Shown here piece after piece: positions 25,071-37,144 of a stretch of DNA of 64,000 nt (position 1 is the first letter of the stretch; each line of letters opens with the position of its first letter). Origin of the DNA: Mobula hypostoma (lineage: Eukaryota); the NCBI RefSeq assembly GCF_963921235.1, contig NC_086108.1, positions 62,684,001 to 62,748,000 on the forward strand, in the 5' to 3' direction. Below the pieces are notes generated by a model. That model was not told the DNA's origin and did no database searches. It saw nothing but the letters and a program-made list of their open reading frames with translations. The position numbers and the translations under genes were made by a program.

Positions 25071-26533
25071 AGCATCCATGAATGTTTCTATTACCTCCAA
25101 TATAAAGAGTTAACATCGACTGTCAATTGCCACCTACGACATTTAGATACTTAGCACTTTTAATATGGAAAAATGTTACCAAACACCATGATTTGACATA
25201 GAAGGAACTATTAAGTCAGAAGAGGTAATGACCATCTTAAAGGCAGAAACTGAGTTATAGAGGCACAGGTTTAGGAGAGGATTTTGATAGCTTAAATCTT
25301 TGAGAGGTGAAGGTACAGTGTCATTGGCAGATTGATTCCAAGCAGTGGCTCAATAATGAGTCAGGACTCCACAGAGAAAGGGAAAGACATTGGCTAGCAA
25401 ATGTGAAGCTAAAGGTAAAATGTTAATATATGCTCAGGGATAGTAGATGAATGGGAATTTGTGAGAGTTCTGATACAAGCAGTGCTGTTTCAGATAAACT
25501 AAATTTACGAAAAATGGAAGATGGGAAGATAGCCGAGAGATCATGGATATGGTTGAGTATGAACAGCAGCATTCAAACGAGACCAGGCCATTATAATCTT
25601 CCAGCCTCTAAATCAAATTCTCCTATATAATTGCTCCTGAATCCCACTGGGTCTCAACCAAGAGTTACTATTAATTCTAAGTAGAGTCTGATAATCAGGA
25701 ATATAGTAAAAGACAGTCAATCCCGTGACAGGAATTGAGGGAAATTTGTGGATGATCTCAGTAATATCAATGATATGGGCTTTGGTGGTTACCCTATAGA
25801 TTGAACCATCATATAATTGTAAAATAGATCATGAAATGGATATATTCTCCCCACCCCCAAATGGAGGAAGTGACGTGGCCTAACAAAAGAGTGAGCCAAC
25901 TTGCATAAAAATGTGACCTCTTTTGGGTCCAATGGAATTTCCATTGGCATCAAGTTATGTGATCAGAGCAAAGGTATTTAAATGTTTCAGACAAAACCAT
26001 TTTCAGATGTAAACCTCAGGTACTCCATTGTGTAAAGGAGTTACCGGGCCAATTGCTGAGGTATAATGTCAGCAGTATTGATACCAGAAACTGAGTGGCT
26101 TGTGCGTGTTTTTTAAATCTGTTAGCACATTGTCAGGTTGCTACATTAGAGATTGTATCTTGTTCTGAGGTAGGATTGGGATGCAGAGCTTGTTCAATAA
26201 TAAAATGAAACAAAAATTAGTGAGACTGTTTTGTATGTTTGAGTACTATATCAGAACATTTAAAGACAACATCCAGGAGAATTTATGGAATAGCTAATAT
26301 TTGGAAAGTCTAGCTCCCAAATTCAATTTATTGAGTTTCCAGGTAGCATAAATGCAATGATGATGAATGATGCCTTCATTCCTCCTATTCAAGGTCTTGT
26401 CTCAATGATATCATCAGCTTTGTAACAGAATATTAAGTAGTTATGCCAGGATCTGCACCGTCTGTTTTCTAACAGTATGGTCCCGACAGAAAAGCTGTCT
26501 CGCCAGAACAGCCTAAAGAATTCTTTTTCTTAG

Positions 26534-27625
26534 TGTTGTGTATGTGGCCTGGTTACACAGCAATGCTATTAATAAAAATGTTGGAGACAGGAGCTAAGTT
26601 TCATGGTCTTTTACTGGCATAATCCAAACTCGGCACACACGTACAGATCAATACGCATCTAAAAGCGTATGCAACAACTTGTTCCTAAAGCATAAAGTAG
26701 TCCCTTATTATAATGTAGGCTATACGGTACACTCCTACCCTTTTATTTTAATAGTGTATCAGCTGTTTTTTTTACTGGGCACTATGCTAAACAAATATGT
26801 TTACCCTTAACATACAAATGCCTACCATTTGTTTACTTAGCAACTTAATAATATCAAATTATAACAAAGTAACATAATAATATTGAATTATAACAAGCCT
26901 TTTTTTACTTTTGGTCTAAGACCCATTTATAACTCAGGTCTCTGGGGGGGGGCCTTCTCTGCCTCTCCTGGTAATGCCTGTCCTGAAATGTTTGCTTTGG
27001 GGAATGAGTCTCCACAGGTACATCAGGTGGGTCCTCAGCACTGATGACAGGCTTATCTGTAGATGAGGCTGATGTGGTTGTCTTCATTTTGATGACCTCT
27101 GGCCATTTGGAATGTGCATCCATGGCGATTAAAAAGATAGAGTCCATGAATGGTCCAGCAAAGTCGGTGTGCACTTGTTGCCATGGTGATGAGGGCCACT
27201 CCCATGGATGGAGAGGGGCTTGTGGTGGTGTGTTCTGGATCTTTTGACATCCAAAGCAGTTCTTGGTCAAGTCCTCAATCTGTTAATCAATTCCTGGCCA
27301 CCACACATAGGCACGGGCAATACCTTTCATTTTCACGGTACCCAGGTGCCCCTCGTGCAGTTCCTCCAGCATTCTGGTGTGTAGCTTGGGAATAATCACA
27401 ACTCATGAGCCACACATTAGAGTTCCCCGACACACTGACAACTGCTCCTTCCTTGCTGAGAAGGCTGGAAACAGTGTGTTACCCCGCGCTGGCCATCCCT
27501 TTACTGTGATGTCATACACTTTTGACAACATAGGGTCATTGCGTGTTCCCCTTTCAATGAGGCTATTTGTCACTGGTAATTGTTCAACTATTGTTGTGTG
27601 AAAGACATCTTCTGAATCCATTTAG
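26534..27625 (-). mobile_element. Truncated Gypsy/Ty3 LTR retrotransposon: 3' LTR, PPT and integrase fragments
   Basis: LTR TGT..ACA 26534-26731 with adjacent polypurine tract on -; integrase motifs CFGCQ..PLHPWEWPSSPWQQVHTDFAGPF..DAHSKWPEV; pol linker DPMLSKVY..GWP. Confidence 0.9.
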
Positions 27626-27642
27626 GATTGATAAGATATTGG

Positions 27643-28801
27643 GGACAAGGTCCCGCATGAGAGGTTAGTAAGGAAAATTCAGTCGCTAGGTATACATGGA
27701 GAGGTGGTAAATTGGATTAGACATTGGCTCAATGGAAGAAGCCAATGAGTGGTAGTAGAGAATTGCTTCTCAGAGTGGAGGCCTGTGACTAGTGGTGTGC
27801 CACAGGGATCAGTGCTGGGTCCATTGTTATTTGTCATCTATATCAATGATCTGGATGATAATGTGGTAAATTGGATCAGCAAATTTGCTGATGATACAAA
27901 GATTGGAGGTGTAGTGGACAGTGAGGAAGGTTTTCAAAGCTTGCAGAAGGATTTGGACCAGCTGGAAAAATGGGCTGAAAAATGGCAGATGAAGTTTAAT
28001 ACAGACAAGTGTGAGGTACTGCACTTTGGAAGGACAATCCAAGGTAGAACATACAGGGCAAATAGTAAGGCATTGAGGAGTGCAGTAGAACAGAGGGATC
28101 TGGGAATATAGATACAAAATTCCCTAAAAGTGGCATCACAGGTAGATAGGGTCGTAAAGAGAACTTTTGGTACATTGGCCTTTATTAATCGAAGTATTGA
28201 GTATAAGAGCTGGAATGTTATTTTGACGTTGTATAAGGCATTGGTGAGGCTGAATCTGGAGTATTGTGTTCAGTTTGGTCACCAAATTACAGGAAGGATA
28301 TTAATAAGGTTGAAAGAGTGCAGAGAAGGTTTACAAGGATGTTGCCAGGACATGAGAAACTCAGTTACAGAGAAAGGATGAATAGGTTAGGACTTTATCC
28401 CCTGGACTGTAGAAGAATGAGAGGAGATTTGATAGAGGTATATAAAATTATGATGGGTATAGATAGAGTGAATGCAAGCAGGCTTTTTCCACTGAGGCAA
28501 GGGGAGAAAAAAACCAGAGGACATGGATTAAGCATGAAGGGGAAAAAGTTTAAAGGGAACATTGCGGGGGCTTCTTCACACAGAGAGTGGTGGGAGTGTG
28601 GAGCTGCCAGACGAGGTGGTAAATGCGGGTTCTTTTTAATATTTAAGAATAAATTGGACAGATATATGGATGGGAGGTGTATAGAGGGATATGTTCCGTG
28701 TGCAGGTCAGTGGGACTAGGCAGAAAATAGTTCGGCGCAGCCAAGAAGGGCCAAAAGGCCTGTTTCTGTGCTGTAGTTTTTCTATGGTTTCCATGGTTTC
28801 T
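27643..28801 (+). mobile_element. CR1 LINE, RT C-terminal half plus 3' UTR
   Basis: ORF 27749-28111 (SGVPQGSVLGPLLFVIYINDLD..KFADDTK); ORF 28264-28719; TTTCTATGG tail. Confidence 0.95.
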
Positions 28802-28949
28802 AAAGAGAAGTGTCATAACTTTTTCAGCCCTTCCTCATATCTGGATTTCTCTGGCCATGACAGCTCTCTGGTAAACTCATTCTGCTGCCTTTCTAAAGAG
28901 TACAGCCCAGAATTGTCCATTACACTATGCCTGAAGTCTAGCTGTCAAA

Positions 28950-29624
28950 TTTAGATTAGATTATGAGAACACTCAGTCCTCGTTTATTGTCACTTAGAAA
29001 TGCATACATGCATTAAGAAATAATACAATGTTCCTCCAGAGTGATATCACAGAAAAACAGGACAAACCAAAGACTAACACTGACAGAACCACATAATTAT
29101 AACATATAGTTACAGCAGTGCAAAGCAATATCATAATTTGATAAAGAACAGACCATGGGAATGGTTAAAAAAAGTCTCAAGTCCCGAGTCGATCGACTCC
29201 CGAGTCCCCGATAGGTGGCAAAAGGGAGAAACTCCCTGCCATAAACCTCCAGGCACCAACATTGGAAACACCCGACAGTGGATTATGAGTCCATCCGTCC
29301 GAAAACTTTGAGCCTCCGATCAGCCCCTCCGATACAGCCTCCCGAGCGCCATCCCCTGCCGAGTGCCTTCGACCTCGCCCTGGCCGCCAAAACAAGCAAA
29401 GCCGAGGATTCGTGGCCTTCTGCTCCGGAGATTCTGGACCACGTAGTAGCAGCGGCAGCGAAGCCGGCATTTCAGAAATCTCTCCAGATGTTCCTCTGTA
29501 CTCTCACGTCTGTCTCCATCAAATCAGAATTGTACACGGTACCCTACTTGACAGAGTACAGATATCATTCACCAGAGAGGCCGCGCGCGCTGTGTCGTGT
29601 CGCCTTCTTCTTCTCCTCCTCTTG
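28950..29624 (-). mobile_element. Non-autonomous ~0.68 kb retroposon, copy 1
   Basis: End-to-end reverse-complement match to 59536-60230; (TCTAA)n tail on -. Confidence 0.85.
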
Positions 29625-29852
29625 CATGATTTCTTTTAATTTCTATTCCATCCTCCTCTTCATAAATACAAGTATGTCATATGCTTAATTAATGTACAAA
29701 AATGTTTTTTCGATATCTACACAAGAAAAAAGAGAACGGGATTTTTTATAAAAAGCTCAGACTTTGGAATTAAGATGGTTAGACAAGAAAAAAAGAAAGT
29801 TGTTTATTGAGATAAAGAGCATGAATGAGATACTAAATAATTACCTTAGAAT

Positions 29853-30376
29853 GGGTACTGGTGAGGCCACATCTAGAATACTGTGTGCAATTCTGGTTTC
29901 CTTACTTGAGGAAGGATTTACTGGCTTTGGAGGTGGTGCAGGGGATGTTCACCAGGTTGATTCCAGAGATAAGGGGGTTAGACTATGAGGAGAGATTGAG
30001 TCACCTGGGACTGTACTCGCAGGAATTCAGAAGGAGGAGAGGATCTTATAGAATCATATAAAATTATGAAAAGGGATAGTTAAGATAGAGGCTGGAAAAT
30101 TGTTTCCACTGGTAGGTGAGACTAGAACTAGGGAACATAGCCTCAAGGTTCTTGGAAGTAAATTTAGGATGGAGATGAGGAGGAACTGCTTCTCCCAAAG
30201 AGTGGTGAATCTGTGGAATTCTCTGCCCAATGACGCAGTGGAAGCTACCTCAGTAAATATAAGACAAAGTTGAATATATTTTTGCATAGTAGGGGAATTA
30301 AGGGTTATGGGGAAAAGGCTGTAGGTAGGTGGAGATAGGTCTACTCCTGCTATTTCTTACGTTCGTATGGTCTTAG
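29853..30376 (+). mobile_element. CR1 3' fragment
   Basis: ORF 29861-30061 (RPHLEYCVQFWFP); RVVNLWNSLP coding segment; 3' UTR. Confidence 0.9.
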
Positions 30377-30584
30377 GTGCCTTATATCAGTCTTCAATAA
30401 GAAGGTACTCCTGGAGGCTTAAAAGGTAAAGATATTTGAGAAAAGGGTGGTATCTTGAAATGGCTAATTCATCTGGCGCAGATACTTACCAAATTATCAA
30501 TTCGTGTTTGGTTTTTGTCTGTCTTGAAACATGAAGCAAGTGACTGCTTCACTTGCTTCACTTGCTAAGGAGTTGTGAATGGAA

Positions 30585-30930
30585 ATGAACATTATGGAAT
30601 TATCAACAAACTTTACTACTTCTGAATTTATGATGAAGGAATATTGTTGATGAAGCGGGTGAAGAGGGTTGGACCTAGGACATTATCCTGAAGATGTCCT
30701 AAAGTAATACTATCCCTTGAGGCTGGGATAATTGACCTTCAGTAAACACTTGGAGTATGCTCCTTTGATGTCTATTATCTTCTAATTTAGCAGGCTGTCT
30801 TGATGCTATACTCAGTCAAACACTGTCTTAATTTCAAAGATAGTCACTCATGTCTCAGGCCTGGAATTCAGCTCTTGGTCCTCTTGATGAGGTCTGGAGT
30901 TGAGTTATCCATGCAAAATCTGAATCCATT
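30585..30930 (-). mobile_element. Old CR1-group RT remnant (second family)
   Basis: Minus strand reads VLGPTLFTRFINNIP..EVVKFVDN (GSVLGP/FADD region); homologous copy at ~61325-61630. Confidence 0.6.
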
Positions 30931-33759
30931 ATTACATTGTTTGTTGTTTCTGAATTCTGCTTGTTAGAAACCATTGTTTAGTGTGTTTATGGGTCCACTG
31001 AGTGACACAATCTGTGAGTCTGGTGGTGCATCTTACAATTGAGGAAGAAGATCTGTTTATTTACCTGGACAATGTGTGTGGGGTTGAGGATCCCATCCTA
31101 CATCTAAGTGCTAGCTACTTGCCTGACTTCACAGAATATCTTGGGAAATACCCGTCCTCAATATCTTTTCTTCTTTCCGCATCATCCACTCGACTGGCAT
31201 CTGGAAAATAGAGACATGCTTCATTTTGTGCTATTTGTAAGCATAAATCACCTTCCCTTCAAAGAATGCGACAAATATCGAGGTAACCACACTCATTTCT
31301 AAATCCAGTAAAAGTGTGATGAACACTAGTTAGTTGCTGCAAGCACAGCAATGAGTACTAAGCATGAATTTCCCCAAAAACTATCTCCTCCTAAAATGGT
31401 CACACATTAATTTTGTATTATGAGTTCTGCAGTATTATCAGATCATAATTCAATATCCATGCTTGTACATTTACAAAATGTTTTTGGGTTCAATTCAATG
31501 TTGTCTGCTAATCTTTTCTTATAACCTAGTTTTATCTACTGTACAAATATTCTCAATTCCTGTCCAATACATTCTGTAATCTTCCTGCTAACTAATTGAG
31601 CTTTACCCCTGGCATTTGTCAAAGGCTTCTATTTTCTGTTTTATTTTAACTTTTACTTCCTTTGTCAATCAGGCTGCATTAACTTTGAATGTTCTCCGTG
31701 ATTCCCTGAAAGGAATATGTCTAGTTTATAAATGAACTCTCTCTTCACCGTAAAAGGAACAGAGATAACATCAGGCTGCTCTCCTGAACTAACCAAATTC
31801 TGAATGGATTCATTGTCAAGGGTCTGACTGAGGCCCTAAAGAGAGGATTACAGGTTCCAGAACAGAAGAACAAGCAGACAAGTTGACTTGCTGGGCTCCT
31901 TTTCCTGTTCTGTATTTCTCAACTTGTAAGTCTTGCATTGTTTTTGTCTCTGTTCTCACACTCCTACTGCTCCCATGTACTTATTGACCAGATACACTAT
32001 GGTCACCCTAGTCTTATCTTATCAGAGACACCTCCACCAGCCTCCCTACAGTTTGACAAACTTATTTTGTCTCTGTTTCCATTCTGTTGAAGGGTCTCCA
32101 ACCAGAAACTTTGACACTTCTCCCACAGCACTTTCCATCTGCTTAATATCTGCTTAATATTTTCAGCATATTGTTTTTGTTTTAGATTTCCAGAAAACTG
32201 CATTTTTTAATTGTTTTTTCTATTGTTGGCCAAGGTATTATGTTTCTCAAGGAGAAGGGAATAGCGAGACCATGTTTGAAATCTGGCCATTAGACAATAT
32301 TAAATGTGCACCAGCTGTCACACTTAAAACAATTTAGTAGGTCGGATTTGAACACCAATTGAATGTTCAGTCCTTGCAATAGTTACTGAGATTTGATGCA
32401 TTAATTACATAGCCTGATCCTGCTCCTGTTTCTTTTGCCCTTATGCTGATAAATTTATATAGGAATGCAGTTTTTTTTCACTTCTAGATATTACAGGTCT
32501 GTACCAAACTGTTGGTTTCTGAAGACCTTGCTGCACTATGCGTCTGGTGGGTGACTTATGCATAAGTTAAAAAACCAGCAAGCAACACAAACAGAGGTTT
32601 AATTGATCTTATTTCTTCTGCCTTCTTCCTCTCCATCTTATCTCACCAATTTTCTCCCTTCCTTTTCAAATTGAGGTGCTAGGAAGTTCTAGTGCTGCCA
32701 TGAAGCCTTATAATCCAAAAAGGGGATTTGCTGTCTTCTCAGACCCATCAAGTTTCAAGCGGCCTACAACAGAGTGACATGCTAATGCAAGGAAGGGTTT
32801 GGCGTTTGTATTTTATGTGTTATAGTCAATCACTCAGTAGATTTTGCCTTTTGCTGTTTAATTGTAAGACAGGAACCTTGTTGATGTTATAATTCCATTG
32901 CCTAGGTGCATGAAGACTAATTTACTATAAATGTAGATACATCCTTAATGAGAGCAAAAGAGACCAGAATTAAAATTTAGCATGGTGCATAAAATTCAGA
33001 CAGGAAGTGGATACATATGAAATGCAATCATTGAAATATTGTTCCCCTTTTTCTAACATCTTCCATTAAATTTGTGAAAGAAAATGTCATTGTTTCCTTT
33101 ACTGGTGAAGTACCCCAATGTCATAATTTCGCTGCATCTGTGCAGTAGATATGAACTAAACTTAATGCATATAGTTAAGTCTTATACTTACTATTGGAAT
33201 AATATTTTTAATGGATAATAAGCATTAATCAATCTCATTGGCACTGCCTGGTAAAAAGTACAATCTTTAGCATGGTATCTTTGAGGAGAGATAGTTTTTA
33301 AGATTCTAAATTTAAATTTAAGAAGAACTTTTTTATTCTTTCTTGATCCAATCATTCAATTTACTTTTCTGTTCTTGATTTGACATTGAACTTACTCTCT
33401 TTAATCCACATTCCTTCTCATTGCTCCCACTATTTATTTCTCGGTCTTTATATATCTGTGGCTAAGGACATACCCTGCTAGTTAACCTGTTGACTTGGGT
33501 CTCAGGTGCTTTATTGACCTGATTGGTTTACATTTACAACAGGTTTGTTATTAAGTCTTTGATGAGCTGAACAATCTGGAGTAAAATATCAGATTCCTGG
33601 CTATACCTAACTCTGGATTTCCAGCAGCTGAGCAGTTCTTCTGCTGATGACTTGCTGCTCCAATGTGAAGTTGCTTCAAAGTATATCTTGATGTTTAAAT
33701 TTTCTCTTCGACATGAGTTTAGAGAAACCTTCTCTCACTGCTCCCCCTCAGTGCTAGAC

Positions 33760-33905
33760 CTTCTCCTCCCCCACCTTCTTATTCTGGCTTCTTCCTCCTT
33801 CCTTTCCAATCCTGATGAAGGGTCTCGGCCTGAAACGTTGACTCTTTTACTCCTTTCCATAGATGCTGCCTGACCTGCTGAGTTCCTCCAGAATTTTGTA
33901 TGCGT
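33760..33905 (+). mobile_element. Penelope terminal fragment
   Basis: Pyrimidine tract, hammerhead motif, then CCATAGATGCTGCCTGACCTGCTGAGTTCCTCCAG; an opposite-orientation degenerate copy follows at ~33985-34088. Confidence 0.85.
33806..33845 (+). ncRNA. Minimal type I hammerhead ribozyme motif (Penelope-associated)
   Basis: CAATC-CTGATGA-A-GGG TCTCGG CCT-GAAAC-GTT-GACTC: CUGAUGA and GAAA core boxes, 3-bp stem II, NUH triplet. Confidence 0.7.
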
Positions 33906-35105
33906 CACTCTGGTACAATATAGTTGCTACTGGAGTAAGCCATCCCCAATTTAGAAGGAACTATAAAATGTATATCAACAAACAACCTTCTGGAGAATTC
34001 AGCGGTTTGAGCAGCATCTGTGGTTGGAAGTGGGAGGGGGGTGGGGAATGAACTATTAACATTTCAGGTCAGAGCTGCATCAGGGCTATTGGTTTTAATA
34101 GTCTTTAAAAAAAATTCTCTAAGGGATACAAAGAAAGTCTCACTGTTTGCAATTAATTCAAGTCACCATGAAGCAACATCCTTTAATTAGCCTTTGGAGC
34201 AGCAGGACATCATTTCTTGTCCAACACCCAAATTTATCAGTTCATACTAATTTTATCATTTTTTGAAAATTAGCTTGTATGCTATATCTGTACGTGGAGT
34301 TCCTGTGTGAGAAGAGATTAAGCAGCTGAGGCTAAGTATCAGTAAAGTCTTAAGTTTAATCACTATCAAAGTTTTATGAATCTATTATATTCCTTCAACA
34401 AAATCAATACTGAAATTCACTAAAATACATCGTTTTTTCATACAATATCAGTTCCACACAGTCTAATTAATCACAAACATTTTTCCAATCCATTCTTTTG
34501 AGGCTCATATTTAAACTCAATAATTTGTCTGTGAAGTATTAGGAGAGCAATAGTGAATTCAGTTCTGCAGAATGCAAGACTCTAGCCTTTGAACTTTCCG
34601 TTTTGTGCTTATCAGAGATCAACATGTTAAAGTATAGAAATGGAAAATATTTCTCTTTAGACACACAGCTAAAACACATTTCAAACACGCAACCCTTTGG
34701 CATGACCTTTATTTGCCTAATTTCAAAAATGCCCTTATTACTTTCTCAGCAGGACAATGTTTCTGTTAGAGTAATCAACTTGTGACTTTTCTAAATAATT
34801 TGCCATGACTCCCTTTAGTTTTATTTTTCCTTCTCTGCTCCACAAGTCTCCATTAGTCCAGAGATCTGTGTGTGTATCCTAACTAACACGGTCTAGTTCA
34901 GTCTTTAATTCTGTGTTCATTTAACTACAATAAAACCTGATCCAGTGAAACTTCAGACTTAAAATGCCCACATACAGTACATGTTTAAATCTCTCCATGG
35001 CTTCATCCATTGTGTTCTTATTCACTTAGGAAGTTAAAGATGAAGGCACATACAATACATCAGGATAACCTTATAGAAGAGGGAAGGAATAAAGGAAAGA
35101 ATGGT

Positions 35106-35634
35106 ACTACTACTACGTCGACTCAGGACTAGGGGGCCGGCATCGGGCATGATGACGGACTCTCCCCTTCTCCCTCTCCCTCATCAGTGTGTTCAGTTCA
35201 TCTACATTTGCCACGCCGCTGTCTTCTAGGAGTGTGTTGACCATTGTCTTGGGAGGGCGCCCAGGGTTCATCCTCCCATGTCTGGGCTCCCATATGATGA
35301 CTAGGCTGGCAGGTAGCTCGAGGTGGCGTAGACAGTGCCCCGCTAGTTGCAGTCTTCTCGCCTCAATTTTAGTGGTGAGCATCGGTAGGTTGTTATAGAG
35401 TTCGACGTTCGTTGTGTGCTGTTGCCAACTCACGTCGAGAGCCATCCGGAGCATTCGTGTATAGCAACCATCTAGAGACTTCCGCATCGTCTTGGTGAGT
35501 GTCCACGTCTCGCATCCGTACATGAGAATGGACTCTATGACTGCTATGAAAATCCTCTTCTTAAGCCCCCAGTCAGGTTCGACGTCCAGATTTCCTTCAT
35601 GTCGTTCATAGCCCCCCACGCCAGAGCCTTCCGT
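35106..35634 (-). mobile_element. RTE-clade LINE 3' fragment with (TAG)n tail and ATGGT TSD
   Basis: ORF 35113-35649 (ESILMYGCETWTLT..LDGCYTRMLR..RRLQLAGHCLRH..GRPPKT); TSD at 35101-35105 / 35635-35639. Confidence 0.9.
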
Positions 35635-36511
35635 ATGGTCCTTAATCAATATAAGTCTTCAGGTGGAATTAACTTTCACCTACTTCACTAAGGAGCAATA
35701 CTTGAGATAACTCTGCTTCTGTACTAATTTGCTGACATGCTACCAAGCAACAATGTTAAGATGACACTGCTTCTACACTGATTTGTTGGCATACTACTTC
35801 CAAAAACATACGGTTATGAACAAGGTTCAGAGCTACGTTGCCATTGACAGTTACCGTTGTGACTGGAAGTCATCTTAGCTGCAGCAGTTTGCAGTGTGCA
35901 ATGTACTATTGCTTTAAGGACTTCACAAACTCTCTTTAAGCCGTGAAAGCAGATTTCATTATGTTCTACCTTAGCAGAGTGCACCAGGCTAATTCAACAT
36001 ATAACTTCACCAGTTATCCAAGCTATCCAATGATACAGGACATTATTGACTGTGCTAACATCACCTTGAGGGCATTTCCATATCATTAGGAGGAGGAAAA
36101 CCCATACAAGGAGGTACAACTGGTGAGAGACCATATCAAGCACATCGTGATCTTTGGCATCCAGATAGAAGTTGTCATCTTTTCGTTTTGCACCAGCCTG
36201 CTGTCTGCTCCATTAAGCCATCATATCAAACTAAGTAAGGATTGGCTTCTGAGAGTTAGGTCTATTCTTTGATCATCTAGTTCTTAACTCCTGTGTAAAA
36301 CCCACACACAAAAGGACACTGTACAGACAACAAAAGACATCTCGCTAACTGTAAATTTATTGAGAAACTGTGGAAGTAATTATTGGAACACTGACAACAA
36401 AATCCGTGGCTAGTAGTGGGGCTAACAGCACTGAAGAAAGACAATACTCAAATCTAATTCTTCCCACATCGAGCTCAACCTCACCCATGTGCAAAAGGAC
36501 TTGGCTGTCCT

Positions 36512-36616
36512 AGCAACACACAGAAAATGCTGGAGGAACTCAGCAGATCAGAGAGCTTTGCTCTGTGGAAATGACTGAACAGGTGACATTTTGGGTCAGG
36601 ACTCTTCATCAGGACA
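36512..36616 (-). mobile_element. Penelope terminal fragment
   Basis: GCAACACACAGAAAATGCTGGAGGAACTCAGCAG..CTCTTCATCAGGAC. Confidence 0.75.
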
Positions 36617-37144
36617 TGAGAGTCTAATTGCAGGCTTTTCTAAAGGTTAATTTGTAGGTTGAGTCAGTAGTGAGGAAGATAAATGCAATGTTAGTATTTA
36701 TTTCCAGAGCATTAGAATATATAAGCAAGGATTTAATACTTAAGCTTTTTAAGACACTGTTCAGACTGCATTTGGAGAATTTTGAGTAGTCTTTAGCTCC
36801 TTATCTAAGCAAGGATGTGCTGGCACTGTTGACCACATGAGGAGTTTAAAAAAATGATCCCAGGAATGACGGAGTTAACATATGAGGAGTGTTTAATGGC
36901 ACTGAGCCTGTACTCACTGGAAAGAAGAATAAGAGGAGATCTCATTGAAAAGTCTAGATAGAGCAGACATGGAGATGATGTTTCCAATAGTGAGAGAGTC
37001 TGAGACCAGAGGACAAAGCATCAAAAAGAAAGTTTGTCCCTTTAGAATAGAAATGAGGAGAAATTTCTTTAGCCAGATGGTGGTGAATCTGTGGAATTCA
37101 TTACCATATATAGCTGTGGAGGTCAAGTTATTGGATATACTGTA

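Noticed and set aside
29278..29688. ORFs in the ~0.68 kb repeat (also 59535-60083) as proteins
   Set aside because: Reading frames are not preserved between the two copies; consistent with chance ORFs in GC-rich non-coding repeat.
30482..30490. U1 snRNA 5' end (ATACTTACC)
   Set aside because: Only 9 nt match and the downstream sequence is not U1; better read as a minus-strand splice-donor-like motif.
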